Shown piece after piece: positions 43,313 through 57,175 of a DNA stretch of 64,000 bases; position 1 is the stretch's first letter; each line of letters opens with the position of its first letter. A program made the translations under genes and the position numbers. This DNA comes from Eledone cirrhosa (Eukaryota), in contig OZ024745.1 of assembly GCA_964016885.1 (NCBI GenBank), forward strand, positions 2,294,001-2,358,000, in the 5' to 3' direction. Under the pieces are notes generated by a model. The model worked only from the letters and a program-made list of their open reading frames with translations. It was not told the DNA's origin and made no database searches.

Positions 43313-45120
43313 ATTTTGGATAAAATCATCCCACAAATTAAACACAAGATACACCTTAAACAATGGGGAAATACGGGTGAAGTAATTGAATGGTTCAAAT
43401 ATATCAAGAATAATAAGGACAAAACATTTATTCAATTTGATATCAATTCATACTACACCTCTATTCCCCTATCCTATTAAATAAGGCACTAATCATGACC
43501 ATGAACAATAGCGACCTGACTAGAGCCCAGATTGATGTCATCCTTGCGGCCCGTAAAACCATAATCACCTTCGAGGACCAATTATGGACACGCAAGGATA
43601 CGCACAACAACTTCGACATAACCATGGGATCTAGTGACTCGGCGCAGGTCACTGATTTGGTCGGCCTATACCTTCTTAATGAAATCCATAAGGACCTCCC
43701 TTACCTCAACGGTGGTTTGTACCGCGATGATGCACTTCTACTTATAGAATATAAAAAATTTAATATAGAAAGAACTAGAAAACAATTGCACAAGACATTC
43801 AAAAACTTTAACCTTAGTATCACAATGGACAAAAACACTAAAAATGTTAACTTCCTAGACGCCACACTATACCTAGACTCAAAAATATATACACCTTTCC
43901 ATAAGCCTAACGAAAAACTCATTTACGTAGATACCAAGTCTAATCACCCTAGATCAATATTAAACTCTATCTCTAAGGGGGTATCCAATAGAATCTCTAG
44001 TCTATCCTATGACGCAAACATATTTAGCAAAAACTCACAATATTACAATCAAGCATTAGCTAGATCCGGCCATAATATAGAAATTGAGTTCCTACCTAAG
44101 AAAACACATAGCTACAACATCATCTCGCACAACATGTCCATGAGGAAACCTAATAATAGGAATAGCAACCACAAGTACACCAAAGCGGAGGGTGCCACCG
44201 GAAGTAACCATTACCACGGAAACTACTGTAGGGCCTTAGGAAGAAACAACACACAAAACACTAAAAACAAAAATAGAAGAAGAAATAATACATTTTTCAA
44301 CCCTCCTTTCAACCTAAATGTCTCCACCAACACACCTAGGGCTTTCTTCTCACTACTAGATAAAAACTTCCCTCTAGGACACAAGTACCACAACCTTTTA
44401 AACAAAAACACTATTAAAATCTCATACTCTACGACGCCTAACTTAGCATACCACATAGCTAGCAGCAATAAAAGTAAAATTAATTCTTACTTCCAACAAA
44501 TGAAATCACAACAGGATGCAAACCTTCTAAATACCTCTGTAGCAAGCAACCATAGTAACGGCAGTAACAATAGAAATAACACTAGTATAAGAAATAACAC
44601 CGGGGTTGACAACCCGAATGTCCAAAATCCTATAGCTACCACCCAGACTTCTGCACTGCATTATAACCAGCAGACTAACACACAGGATAATTGTAACTGT
44701 AGAGCTAATAGAACCTGCCCTTTAGATAAAAAATGCCTAACCAAGGATATCATATACTCATGCACCGTCACAACTAGCAACTCTTCAGAAACCTATGTAG
44801 GCTCCACTTCTAACTGCTTCAAAATCAGATATAATTCGCACATCCACTCGTTCAAAAAGCACAGCCTAGCCAACTCCACCTCACTATCTAGCTACATACA
44901 CTACCTAAAAACTAAAAATAAACCATACACACTCAAATGGGAAGTGATAGGCAGCGCGACTTCGTACAAACCACCTAATAAATTTTGTAACCTCTGTATA
45001 CTAGAGACCCACAATATTATTTTCTCTAACCGTAACCTACTTAACAAAAAATCTGAAGTGTTTGCAACTTGCCAGCACCGCTTCAGACATTCCTTCCAAA
45101 ACTTTAAGCCCAATATATAG
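43313..45120 (+). pseudogene. Naiad-type RT-GIY-YIG ORF, 5'-truncated, 1-nt frameshift near 43466-43470
   Basis: Upstream frame reads ILDKIIPQI..W.NT.EVIEWF..QFDINSYYTSI. ORF 43495-45120 then has FDITMGSSDSAQ, GLYRDD, CNCRANRTCPLDKKC, IIYSC..YVGST, CNLCILE and CQH. Confidence 0.9.
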
Positions 45121-46485
45121 CAATGTCGGACTTGAACCAAACACCACCTCTAGCATCAAACACCAGGGGCACACCTTATACCACATACCCAACACTAACT
45201 GATCTAATATAACACAAACAACGACATCCCTCTGGAACCCTTCGCAGGGCGAATACCCATTTATACCTCTACGTTAGGTGTGACAACATCCACCCACTTG
45301 AACTGCACTACACCGCTCTATAGGTAATTTAAGCATGAATTGATTGGCTTGGTAGTGTTGTGCGGAGGAAGTGCCTTCCTTGGACAGATGAAAAACGATT
45401 TAATCTAGTAACGCTGTCGAGCAGTAGGACCAGGACGCTGAGTGCAGAGAATGAATATATTGCAACTGGCGTGCGGGTTGTACATATATGGATGATTTGA
45501 TGGTCAGAGTGGGGTCATGAGGACTGTGGATTGACCTCTGGTCGGCCCTGGTGATGATTATCTTTCGACATCCAATGTAGCAAGCGATGACCCAGAACTT
45601 ACCAGAGATAATTAATTTAGAATCCTCGCTCGTCGTCTATAATATTCATTTGTGGCACTCTACGATGGGGGTTAACTCACCATAATAATACGAACACCTT
45701 CAGCACAACTTAATAGACTACTCTATAGTTAAAACACTTTATGCTTTAGAAATATTTTGGAAGTTACGCATAACCATAGAAATTAGGGTCTATTTTGAGA
45801 TACATTTCAATAGCTAGTAATAGAAACCTCGGAGTTACCTCCCCTTATGCATTAACTCCCCTTAGCCACACACACACTTCCGGGTAGTATTCAATGTCGA
45901 TTCTCGAAACGTAACAGCCTCCTGTATTGAACTAAAGAACGTCAGACTACGATTCTCTAACTGGATTGTCAAACGCTCAATATCGAATTGTCGTGGATTA
46001 TGTGAGGGGCATATAATCTGAAAAATACACTCCTCTGACTATGAAAATGTCGAAGTACATGAAGTCCATAACATCCCTTCGCTGTGCATTTCCAATACTC
46101 TTAATATTTTTAATGCTTGCACTATTTTTAATGCTTATATCATTTCTCCACACACAGACTATAACAATCATATAAAGAATTTGCCACCAGATCAACTCTT
46201 GTTTACCTACCTAAGTGCTTCTACTACACGTAACTCTCTGCCACACTATATAAACAAGACGCACGTGCTTGCCACACATATAACATTTGTACTATATAAC
46301 CGCTTATTTTCATGTATTTTAACCTGTATTTTTGATTTTTGATTGTACCTTTTAATATGAATGTAATCTCTAAGTGTGTACTGCCACTCTAAATGCTGTA
46401 ATGAATGTTGACCCACAATATTTGCATATGTATCTGTATGTCTCTTGGGTGAAAAGGAGGTCATATAACTGTCCATTCATTAATA

Positions 46486-46538
46486 AATTGGTCCGAAGAA
46501 TCCAAACCTCGGTTTGGAGGAAACAGTTGTAAGCACAA
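46486..46538 (+). ncRNA. Degenerate hammerhead-like motif in 3' pLTR of the nested Naiad
   Basis: CCGAAGA-A-TCCAAAC-CTCG-GTTTGGA-G-GAAA-CAGTTG-TA. Core U4>C and weak stem I. Confidence 0.5.
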
Positions 46539-46793
46539 AAATGTTTTGAACAGTTCTTTGATTCTTATATTTCATATAACTGCTCTGTAAATCATCTGAT
46601 GTTATTACATTGAGCTACTTAACTTACTGGTAATAAGGTAGTAATACATTACTGCCTACCACTATTTAGGGTTTGTATAAAAAAATATATATAACTGCAA
46701 AAGGTTTTTGTATTTACATAACCATAAATAGTATAATTAATACTAATGAAATAAATATAATTTTATAAATATAGTTTCCATTTATTAATATCG

Positions 46794-46868
<75 letters not shown>

Positions 46869-47233
46869 CTATACACATATATATATGTATATAAATATAT
46901 ATATATATATGTGTGTATGTGTGTGTATCAATGCATATTTGCAGTACATAACTAAACATAATTAGCTCACACTAAAAAAGATGACAATATTTTACAAAAG
47001 GTGAGTCCTGCAGAAAAAATCAGAATTCTTTCTCTTTCTGCAAGCCCCCCCCCCCCCGCCCACTTTTTTGTTAAAAAAAATCTATTATTTTTTTTTTACT
47101 ATGAACTAATTACGTTTCAAGGTGTACTTATTAAAAAAAAAACATTAGTTTGCATCTTCAACTCGTATTACATTTCTCTCTCTAAGAGAGAGACAGTGAC
47201 ACACACACACACACACGCACATTCACACACACA

Positions 47234-47301
<68 letters not shown>

Positions 47302-47380
47302 CAGTAATAATAATAAATTTGAAGACTAAAATCCAAAGAGGGCTCGATAAGGATAAATATATATCAAATATGTTTCATTC

Positions 47381-47435
47381 AGGGCTTCCTGATGATTCCT
47401 CTCGAATGAAACAGTTCTAGTTCTGTGGAAGCCTT
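47381..47435 (+). ncRNA. Hammerhead-like motif followed by a tail into (TA)n
   Basis: AGGGCTTC-CTGATGA-TTC..GAA-T-GAAA-CAG..CTG-TG-GAAGCCTT. The triplet GUG is unfavourable, so it is probably inactive. Confidence 0.6.
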
Positions 47436-47513
47436 TCTATATTAATTATTTATACTTTGCTTTGTATTGAGTACCTTACCTACTGTGGTTACCCCTGATT
47501 GAACCCGGGATAA

Positions 47514-47666
<153 letters not shown>

Positions 47667-47752
47667 TGCGTTTGCCAATACTTCCATTCAAGCACTCATG
47701 TATAATGTTAAATAATGAAATCGTTATTTACAAAAGTGTCTTTGTGTCTGGG

Positions 47753-47788
<36 letters not shown>

Positions 47789-48793
47789 ATGTGTGTGTAC
47801 GTGTGTGTGTACGTGTGTGTGTACGTGTGTACGTGTATATGTGTGTGTGGGCAGGAAATCTTTTGATGGTATATCTGGAAGTCATAGTGTATCTATTAAC
47901 ACGGTTTTTGTGGTATTTCCAACACTCTAAATCTGATATAAACTTCCATGTCTTTCTACTGCTAACCAATTGTTGTATATTTCCACTGTTTTCTTTAATC
48001 GACAATGGTGATTCCTTATCATAAACATGGTGACACCAACAAACTCCATTACTTGTTATAACTGGTAAAGTGTATATATGTATATATATATATATATTGT
48101 TATGCTTTGGGAGGGTCATGTTGCCAATAAGAAACACACGCACCAGTTGCTTTCACTCCAATTTATTATAAATTAAATTTATAAATTTAAGAATTTATAA
48201 ATTAGAGAACCTAGAAATAAAAATAGAATCTACACACAAAAAAGACGCAATGTTTAACAGAAAAGAAGCAATGTTTAGACAAATCACAGAGGCAATAAAC
48301 ATAAATCAACTCCAACCAAAATTAAATAGAAAACATGAATGGAATAGCAACATCACAACTTACAATTAAGGACAAAATGAAAACACACACACACATAGAA
48401 CAAACAACCAGTAACATGTAAATAAACAAATAAATAAACAAATATAAACACACAGACAACCGGATGTAACACATGCGCAAACTAAGCACGCAACACACAC
48501 AAAAACAAGATAGCGTAGGACAGAACAAAGGAGAGGCACAAAAACAAAGAAAAGAATCGCCAGTCACTGAAGAGGTCACAGAATGTGTGACTAAAGAACT
48601 TTGACAATATATGAACAACCGTCCGGTTATGGAACCAACCAACCAACCGGAAATTTATAAATTCCTGCACCAGACATAGCCATCAAAATAGACACCCTAC
48701 TACCCAAAGTATCGAGTACTCTGGTGCATTATGGTCCACCTGCTTCCTTACCACATTTCCTTCGTTATATATATATAATAAACAATACAATAT

Positions 48794-48871
48794 AATTACC
48801 TCATTACCAGAGGCTTCCCGAATAAGACGAATACAAGAAACGTCCTCATTCGTTCGTCAGACAAGGCAATT
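48794..48871 (-). ncRNA. Hammerhead ribozyme, GAAA>GAAG mutated copy
   Basis: Inverted paralogue of 50268-50345. Confidence 0.65.
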
Positions 48872-49437
48872 TAAAACATAGTGGAATATTTGAAAAACCT
48901 CCTCAAGAAAGGCAAAAGTTTAACGGGCAAGTGCTTTCCAGCTCATATAAACTTAACTCACTTTCAGACACTTATCCTCCATAAACTCTTGTTCTTCGCT
49001 TTCCTTAAATTACCCTCTTTACAGACTTCTCTTTCTGATTTACTTTTATTTTTATTTTTAACTTTATTTTTACTTCACATCCACCAGTGAACCCCCCCCC
49101 CCCTCCTGCTTTTTGATTCACTTACTTTATACCTTCACAATTTTACATATTTTACTTCCCCATTTTCTTTCATGTCACTTACGTTTTCAACTCCAGATAT
49201 ATTCTGTTGTCCCTCAGCCGCTTTTATCTATGTTTACTTGCGTATAATTTGTACTCATTTATTATATACGGCTGGTTTTTTTATATTGTATCTATGCGTG
49301 TGAGCGTGCATGTGTGTGTATGCGTGTTTGTATATGTATACGAATGCATTTGTATGTGCGCGTGTGTGTGTATATGTATGTGTGTGTGTGTTTTTATATC
49401 TATGTTTTTTACATACTTATATATATGTGTGTGTGTG

Positions 49438-49468
<31 letters not shown>

Positions 49469-49481
49469 ATGTATGTGTATG

Positions 49482-49522
<41 letters not shown>

Positions 49523-50267
49523 GCGTGCATGCGCATGATTAGATGTACATGTACGTATATATATATGTGCTTCGTGTGTATGTATGCGCGCCTTTGTATG
49601 TATGTACGCATGTATGTGCTTTGTCTGTACGTATTTATATATATGTTTATATATATATATATGTGTATGTACGAACCTATGTTTGTTTTCTATTTTTTCT
49701 AGTGTTACTTTATAATTGATAACCCCTCCCTCTTACTTTCTCTTTGATTTAATTTTTTAATTCTCATATATTTTTTTATTTTTTCATTTGTTTATATATA
49801 TATCGACCTTCAGCCTGACACTGCTTTGACTGATACACTCCCTTCCCTGTATATATCACTCGCATGTATGTGGTTGCGTGTGTGTGTGTGTTTATACGCG
49901 TGCTTTCATACTTGTATGTGTATATATTTCAATCCTTAATACCTGAGTTTGAATGTACGTTAACACTATTAACTTACAATTTCTTTTTCAACATATATTA
50001 TATACGTATTTGTGGTCACACATACACTGATATGTTTGCCCTCATATATGTACTTACGCACACATTTTTTTACTATATACATGCATTTGTACATACACAC
50101 ATATGTACATTTGTGAGTGAATATACACACATTTATACACATAACCTAACTATATTTCCTTATTTTATTTTTATATATCTCTTGCATTAATTTTGTTTAT
50201 AAATTGTTTTGCCCGTTAAACTTTTGCCTTTCTTGAGGAGATTTTTCAAATATTTCACTATGTTTTA

Positions 50268-50345
50268 AATTGCCTTGTCTGACGAACGAATGAGAACGTT
50301 TCTTGTATTCGTTTTATTCGGGAAACCTCTGGTAATGAGGTAATT
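50268..50345 (+). ncRNA. Type I hammerhead ribozyme
   Basis: AATTGCCTTGT-CTGACGA-A-CGAATGAGAACG..CGTTTTATTCG-G-GAAA-CC-TCT-GG-TA-ATGAGGTAATT. 11-bp stem I and GUA triplet. Confidence 0.85.
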
Positions 50346-50444
50346 ATATTGTATTGTTTATTATACATTAAATTTACCTCTGGTACTTACATAGAGCACT
50401 CTTCACTCCTATGACTTTTTCAATTTTAAACGGAAACTTCAATA

Positions 50445-50506
<62 letters not shown>

Positions 50507-50677
50507 CTTATCTCTCGCCTCACTTCCCCTCTCTCCCCTTCTCTCTCTCTCTCTCCTCACTTCCTCTCTCTCCCCTTCTCTATCACACTCTCTCTCCTTC
50601 TCTAGAAGACATAGGCTGTGTTTAGACTTGGATAAGGAATCGACTCCAGCAGGTTTAAAATACTCAAAATGTGGTGA

Positions 50678-50900
50678 CACCATCCATCTATCAACCCACC
50701 AATCCACCCATCTACTCACCCACCCATCCATCTATCAACCCACCCATCCACCCATCTACTCACCCACGCATCCATCTACTCACACACCCATCCATCTATC
50801 TATCCACCCATCCACCCATCTACTCACCCACCCATCCATCTATCAACCCACCCATCCAACCACCCACCCAATCTACCCATCAACCCACCCCCACCCATCC
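50678..50900 (+). repeat. (CCAT/CCAC)n tetranucleotide-like repeat
   Basis: Directly visible. Confidence 0.85.
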
Positions 50901-51304
50901 TCCATACATATATTAAAACTGTTTAAAGTGACCCATGGAGGTGAGACAGAAAGAAACTGGATATTTCTGCCAACTGTAAAACAAGAAACCATAACATACA
51001 AAATATTTGGATTAAGAAAGATAAAAACAAAATTAAGTAATGAGAAAATATGGAAGAGGTAAAGAAGGGCAAATCTGGCTATGTAGGAAAGTAGAGGAAA
51101 GGACTATAAAAGCCATAAATGAAAGGAAAAGAGAATAAAAACAAGGACTCTAGGGTCACAGAAAAAAAGGAAGGGGTGATGAGACGCCATAATTGCAATA
51201 ATATTGGCAATGCCTCGTTGGTGCAACGTTTTAAACTTCTGTAAAATCCAGTTTTAGTCATTGTACACAGTACTGGTAGCAGCAGTAATATTTGTTGAGA
51301 TAAT

Positions 51305-51486
51305 TGTTTCTACTTTTGGCACAAGGCCAGCAATTACCCAGTGTATTACTGGTACTTTATTTTATCGACCCCGTAAGGATGAAAGGCAAAGTTAACCTTG
51401 GCGGGATTTGAACACAGAATGGCAAGGGCCGTAACTCTATGCTAGAAAGCATGGCGTCCGACCCTCTACCGATACTGCCAATTCAT
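51305..51486 (-). mobile_element. Deu/Nin-like tRNA SINE with TSD
   Basis: Family match, flanked by the direct repeat ttgttgagataat (51292-51304 and 51487-51499). Confidence 0.85.
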
Positions 51487-52314
51487 TGTTGAGATAATGA
51501 AATATTCATGACATACTAAGCTCTTTGGAGTAATTGATGTTCGGATAACCGAGGTTTTACTGTTGAAACATTCTTCTAGACTTGTAAAGAAATGTTATTA
51601 CAGTAGAAAATAAGAAAAATAAATAGGTGGGAGTGACGGGGGGGGGGGGGGGGGGTTGTGTGTCACTATATGTGAGATCCTATTTATAAAGAGCACTTTC
51701 TCTCTCTTTCTTTCTCTCTCTCTCTATCTCACTCTCTCACTCTTCTTCTTTCTGGCTCTTTCATTCCCCTCCCTCTCTCTCTCTCTCTATCTCTCTCTCT
51801 CGCTCCCTGTCTCTCTGTCTCTCTCTCTCGCTCTCTGTCTCTCTCTCTCCCTCTCTCTCTCTCTCTGATTATCTCTCGCACCCTTAATATCTATATATGT
51901 GTGTGTGTGTGATGAATGTGTGTATGTGCTGTATGTGCTGTATGTATGTGGCAGTACCTGATATGTGTGTAGCAATGAATATCTGTCACACCTTAAGGGA
52001 GGGGAGGGGGAAGCGCTGTATAAAGAACAGAAATATAAAACAAAAACTTTAGTAATGTATGTATATATATATATATATATATACTTACATATATACATAC
52101 GTACGTACGCATGTATATATATATATATACACTTACATATATACATACGTACGTACGTACGCATGTATATATATGTGTGTGTGTGTGTGTGTATGTGTGG
52201 GTGTGTGTAGTTATGTCCGCATACATATAAAAACAGTTCAATTTAGACGGCACAGTAGTTAATGTGTGTACAGATACAATAGGTGTGATGGTGGGGAAGT
52301 ACAGAAATAATGGT

Positions 52315-52710
52315 AAGAGAGAGGGGGGAGAGAGTGGGGGAGGGGTAGAGTGGGGAGAGGAGGGAGAAAGAGGGAGAGTGGGGGAGAGGGGTAGGGGGAG
52401 TGGTAGGAGAGGGGGTGATAAGGGGAGGGGGTAGATCAGGACTGGGGGAGTGTGAGAGAGAGAGTGGGGGAGGAAGAGTGTGTGTGAGAGAATGGGGGGG
52501 AAAAGAAAGTGTGAGAGAGAGTGGGGGGAGGAAGAGAGAGTGGGGAGGAAGAGAGGGTGTGAGAGAGAGAGTGGGGGAGGAAGAGAGGGTGTGAGAGAGA
52601 GAGAGTGGGGGGAGGAAGAGAGGGTGTGAGAGAGAGAGGGGGAGGAAGAGAGAGTGGGGGAGGAAGAGAGAGAGGGGGAGGAAGAGAGGGTGTGAGAGAG
52701 AGGGTGTGAA
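52315..52710 (+). repeat. Purine-rich (GA/G-run) minisatellite
   Basis: gagagagtggggggaggaagagagggtgt units. Confidence 0.85.
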
Positions 52711-52840
52711 GCAATAGAAATAAAAACCTTCAAATCCCCGCAGATAGATCTCCAGGAATTTAAAATTAGAATTAGAAATGTCATCTGCTGTACACAGCGT
52801 CTTTCCCCTTCTCTTCTCTCTTACTCATACACGCTATATT

Positions 52841-52912
<72 letters not shown>

Positions 52913-52996
52913 CGAAAAATAAACGGAAAAAACACAACAGACGATGAAGTACAATGAAGATATATATTAGGTTCGCGCTTAATACAGTAGGAAAAG

Positions 52997-53032
52997 TCTT
53001 AACGTTTCGGACGCTTGTCCTTCATCAGAAAA
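52997..53032 (-). ncRNA. Minimal hammerhead ribozyme
   Basis: TTTT-CTGATGA-A-GGAC-AAGC-GTCC-GAAA-CG-TT-AAGA, the minimal form typical of PLEs. Confidence 0.7.
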
Positions 53033-53153
53033 TAGAATGAGAAATGTTGACATACCCAGGAATAGGATCTTAACGGTTCAAGTTATTCCTGGAATAACTT
53101 GAACCGTTAAGATCCTATTCCTGGATATGTCAATATTTATAAAACAAATTTTG

Positions 53154-53214
53154 TATTTTATCTGATGAGCGCGTACCAAAGTTTTGGTACCCTTGAAATA
53201 TATATAATAGAATA
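53154..53214 (+). ncRNA. Type I hammerhead ribozyme in fold-back remnant 53043-53352
   Basis: TATTTTAT-CTGATGA-GCGC-GTACCAAA..TTTGGTAC-CCTT-GAAA-TATATA-TA-ATAGAATA, preceded by a ~92-bp palindrome (53043-53135). Confidence 0.75.
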
Positions 53215-53349
53215 AATATGGTTTTATAGATATAGTTTCCATTTATTTAATATCATTGAATATTATACTCCAGAAAACTGTCGAGTGCTTTGAATCAGTT
53301 ATAAACATTTATATTTGTTGAATTACCAACAAATTAAATATCCCTTTTG

Positions 53350-53382
<33 letters not shown>

Positions 53383-53384
<2 letters not shown>

Positions 53385-55928
53385 GATATTAAACAAATGG
53401 AAACTATATTTATAAAACCATATTTATTTCATTATACATATTTCAGGGATACCATATTAAAAATATGGCATGCCTTCTTCAGATAAAATACAATATATAA
53501 GCAGTTTTATAAATAAATTTGACGTACCATAGAATATTGATCAACTTCCATTTTAAAAGGTTGGTTTGGTAGTGAGATGTTTGTAAATATTTAGTGTTAA
53601 GTACAGTTAGAAAAGAAAGACGGAGAGAAGGAGTAAATGTATGTAAAGAAAAACAGAGAGAGATAGAGAGAGATATGGGAGAGAGAAATAGTGAGGAGGT
53701 GAAAAATGAGAGGCAGCTGAGGTAACAGATGAATAATAATAATTCAACATGCAAAATGAGAGATTTAGGGGGGAGGGAGTACTGTAATTATTTATTTATT
53801 TATTTATTTAGTTATAGTGTTAAGGAGACGGAGAAAACAACGATACATAGATTAAATCATGTATAGAGGGAGGAGAAGAAAGCTATATCTAGATAGAAAG
53901 AAGACAGATTTACAACTTTACGTTATGTTCTATCAATTTGAATTATCAATTTATATGAATTGGGTATTATACTGTAGATATCAATATTCATGAATGAGAC
54001 ATAGATATATAATGTGTGAAAAATAATGACCATATGTTTAGTTTAAAAATTCTTAGGTCGATATATCAAAAACCTGAGATAAAACTTCAAAATACATAAG
54101 TATATATGTACTTTCCGGAAAAAGAAAGAAAGAGAAAAAGAGAAGGTCATCTCAAGTTCTAGTTGACACTATAGATATACACGTGAGCATACGTGATCAG
54201 CTCTGTAATTTCTCATTTCACACGAAAAAATTTTCCTTTGCGTTATAAAAGATTTTACTATATATATATATATATATATATATACATACATACACATACA
54301 TAAAAATATAAAATATATATTAATATTAATATTCCTGCCCTACTATACATGATTATCGTTCATGTATAGAATAGACAACAGATATCAATATATCAAAACG
54401 CTAAGAATACTTTCATCACTCCCTAGAGTGTCTAGGGCTTTAAAAAACACAGTATGCCCCCCCATATCAACCACAGAAATCAACCCTTCCAATTTATCTG
54501 ACAATATATTGCCAAGTTCATTAGAAGCAATCAGAATCAAAAGCAAACAAAAAACCAAAATTATTCAACAAGACTTATTTAGCAGAAATCATTTAAAAGA
54601 TTTAGGAGACCCTGTTGTTCTACAGATGCTCTTATATTTAGTATAGAAGTTTATCTAGCGTAAAATTTATTCAATAGATTGGGAGCATCTACATTTTAGG
54701 GTAGTTTAATTACATCATTAGTATATATTTATGAAGAAGGTTTAAAAAAGAAAAAGTTGAAGGAATCGAAAGATTTATCGTCATGTTTCATAATTAATTA
54801 AATAAATATCTTAACTAAATATACTACATTTTAAATTTATATTTATATTTAAACGTTGAGTTCAATCTATGTCTGCAGCAACTGAATAAATTGCTCCTTA
54901 GATTAAGGGAATTTTTAGATTTTAATATAAAGAATATCTCCTCCACGCAGAGGTCACATGTCTCAGATGAGGAATTAAAAGTAATCCCTCTTGAGACTAT
55001 ATTCCAAAACAACGAATATCCAACGTTATCATGTTTAAGTTGCCAGAGTAAGCCTGATAGTGAAGTTGAAGATTTTTTGCCTGGATCTGTGAAAGAAATC
55101 TTATGATTATTATAGCGAAGTTTAAATTCTGTCGAGGTGGAACCAACATAGTTAAAAGAATTTAAGTCAGTTTTAACATTACAATTGTATATTATATTTT
55201 TAACTAAGCAATTGTTATTTAACGGACATTTAGATTTATTTCTACAGTTACAGTTGTTTAGTTGAATATTGTTTAGGCTATTATCGGTATTTTGGCTAGG
55301 TTTTAGATTCCTATTATTTATTCTGTTAATATTTTGTGCTAAGTTTTTGGTGGACGAGTAAGTTAATTTTATAGTGTGTCTATTAAAAATTGAGTGATAT
55401 TTATGTGTTCTAGGGAAGCGTTTGTCAAGAGCATTAAAAAATAGTTTAGCAATATGGGTTTTAATGTTTAGTGAGAAAGGGGGGGGGGGGGCAAACCATA
55501 TTATATTTCTAGTTCTATTTCTTTTCAGGCTTTTGGAATTATTGTAATGTTTTCTATTATAGTTGTTAAAGTTGTTACCGTAATTAAAATTGTTATTATT
55601 TTGGTTAGTTTGCCTATTATTATCGATGTACATAATTTTATCACTATATCCTGCTCTAGCTAACGCTTCATTGTAATACTGCGCTTTTTCGTCGAAAATA
55701 TTTTTATTAGATGAAATTCTTGAGATACGTTCTTGAACAGAGTTCACTATAGTATTTTTAACAGATCTGGTATCCCTGAAATATGTATAATGAAATAAAT
55801 ATGGTTTTATAAATATAGTTTCCATTTGTTTAATATCGTATATCTACTCCAAAACTTCTTGAGTGCTTTATATCAGTTATAAAATATTTACTCGTTGTAA
55901 CCCAACAATTTTAAATAAAACTTTTGCA
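53383..55928 (-). mobile_element. 5'-truncated Naiad-type PLE with short inverted pLTR plus tail (55768-55928)
   Basis: Coding remnant ~55768-54824 reads RISRISS, IIWF.PP.FS.N.KT, CNCRNKSKCPLNNNC, IIYNC..YVGST, CDLCVEE, CCRH. The first ~19 aa of the tracked ORF come from the inverted pLTR. Confidence 0.9.
53425..53490 (-). ncRNA. Type I hammerhead ribozyme
   Basis: TATTTTAT-CTGAAGA-AGGC-ATGCCATA..TATGGTAT-CCCT-GAAA-TATGTA-TA-ATGAAATA. Confidence 0.8.
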
Positions 55929-55947
55929 TATATATATATATATATAT

Positions 55948-56116
55948 AGGAACGAGTAAGACGGCTAATTCTGGACCAAGGTCCAGAATTAGCCGGTGAA
56001 ACGGCTTGAGCTCAGCTGTCGGGGTCCTACTCGTTCCTATTACCCACTCTACTACCCTAAGTATTGAGTACTTTGGTGCGTTATGGTCCACCTGGTTCCT
56101 TACCACATTTCCTTCG

Positions 56117-56118
<2 letters not shown>
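55948..56118 (+). mobile_element. Fold-back PLE-terminus element ((TA)n family)
   Basis: Palindrome centred near 55979 with a deletion in the left arm, then the family tail into (TA)n. Confidence 0.75.
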
Positions 56119-56152
<34 letters not shown>

Positions 56153-56903
56153 AAATGTGTGAGATCCTTCGTACAGTTAGGTATATTTGAAAAAAAGGAA
56201 AAGAATGACTTCACTTGTAGTTCTAAATAATTTGATTTAATTTTACAATATTATAATATTATGAGTTGGTAGATCTAGTAAGTTGGTAGATCTAGTAAGT
56301 TGTTTGTTAACTTCGGTGGGAAGATTTTTAAAGATTTCTGGTCAACTTTCTTGGAGAACTTTCTCGCATTCGTCGGTGGTGGTGGCGATTGTCAAACTGA
56401 GATATATATAAATACATAAATAAATAAATATATATAGAGAGAGAGATGGGAGATTTGGATGTGTCTGGGGTGCGGTGTTCCCACACATACATACATACAT
56501 AGATATATAGAGATATCTATAGAGATATATATAGAGATATATACAATTTACGTTTATGTGTTTGTTCTATAAGATTCTTGATGTGAAATCATGTGTTGAA
56601 ACCGATATTGTTATATTGGGGGGGGGGGGGGTCATCTTGCCAGTGTTGTTAAGAAACACACACACTTTATCTTTATTGTTTGTATGTATATATAATGTAT
56701 GTATATTGACATATATATCGGTGTGTGTCTGTGTATATATATTTTGACATATATATATATATATATGTGTGTGTCTTTGTATGTATGTATATTGACATAT
56801 ATATATGTCTTTGTATGTATGTTTGTTGACATATATATATGTGTGTGTGTCTTTGTATATATATTGACATATATATATATATGTGTGTGTGTGTATGAAT
56901 ATA

Positions 56904-57061
<158 letters not shown>

Positions 57062-57084
57062 TGTATATATATATATATATATAT

Positions 57085-57175
57085 AACGAAGGAAATGTGG
57101 TAAGGAACTAGGTGGACCATAACGCACCAAAGTACTCAATACTTGAGGTAGTAGAGCGGGGTCTTACTGGTTCCT
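57085..57175 (-). mobile_element. Short (TA)n-family PLE tail with inverted terminus
   Basis: acgaaggaaatgtggtaagg...gtagag followed by ggggtcttactggttcctat. Confidence 0.7.

Larger units (their letters stand above)
43313..46743 (+). mobile_element. Second Naiad-type PLE, 5'-truncated, nested in the neighbouring pLTR
   Basis: Flanked by the 12-bp direct repeat taatgaaataaa (43301-43312 and 46744-46755). The host pLTR sequence resumes at 46756-46795. Confidence 0.75.
48775..50447 (+). mobile_element. Non-coding PLE derivative with inverted ~155-bp HHR-bearing termini
   Basis: 48775-48930 is the reverse complement of 50209-50365. The interior is low-complexity and UTR-like. Tail 50366-50447 runs into (TA)n. 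Confidence 0.8.

Noticed and set aside
55948-56040. Apparent complete three-stem hammerhead with deleted CUGAUGA
   Set aside because: Better explained as the family's usual palindrome with a deletion between GAC repeats in the left arm, so stems I and II are fold-back artefacts.
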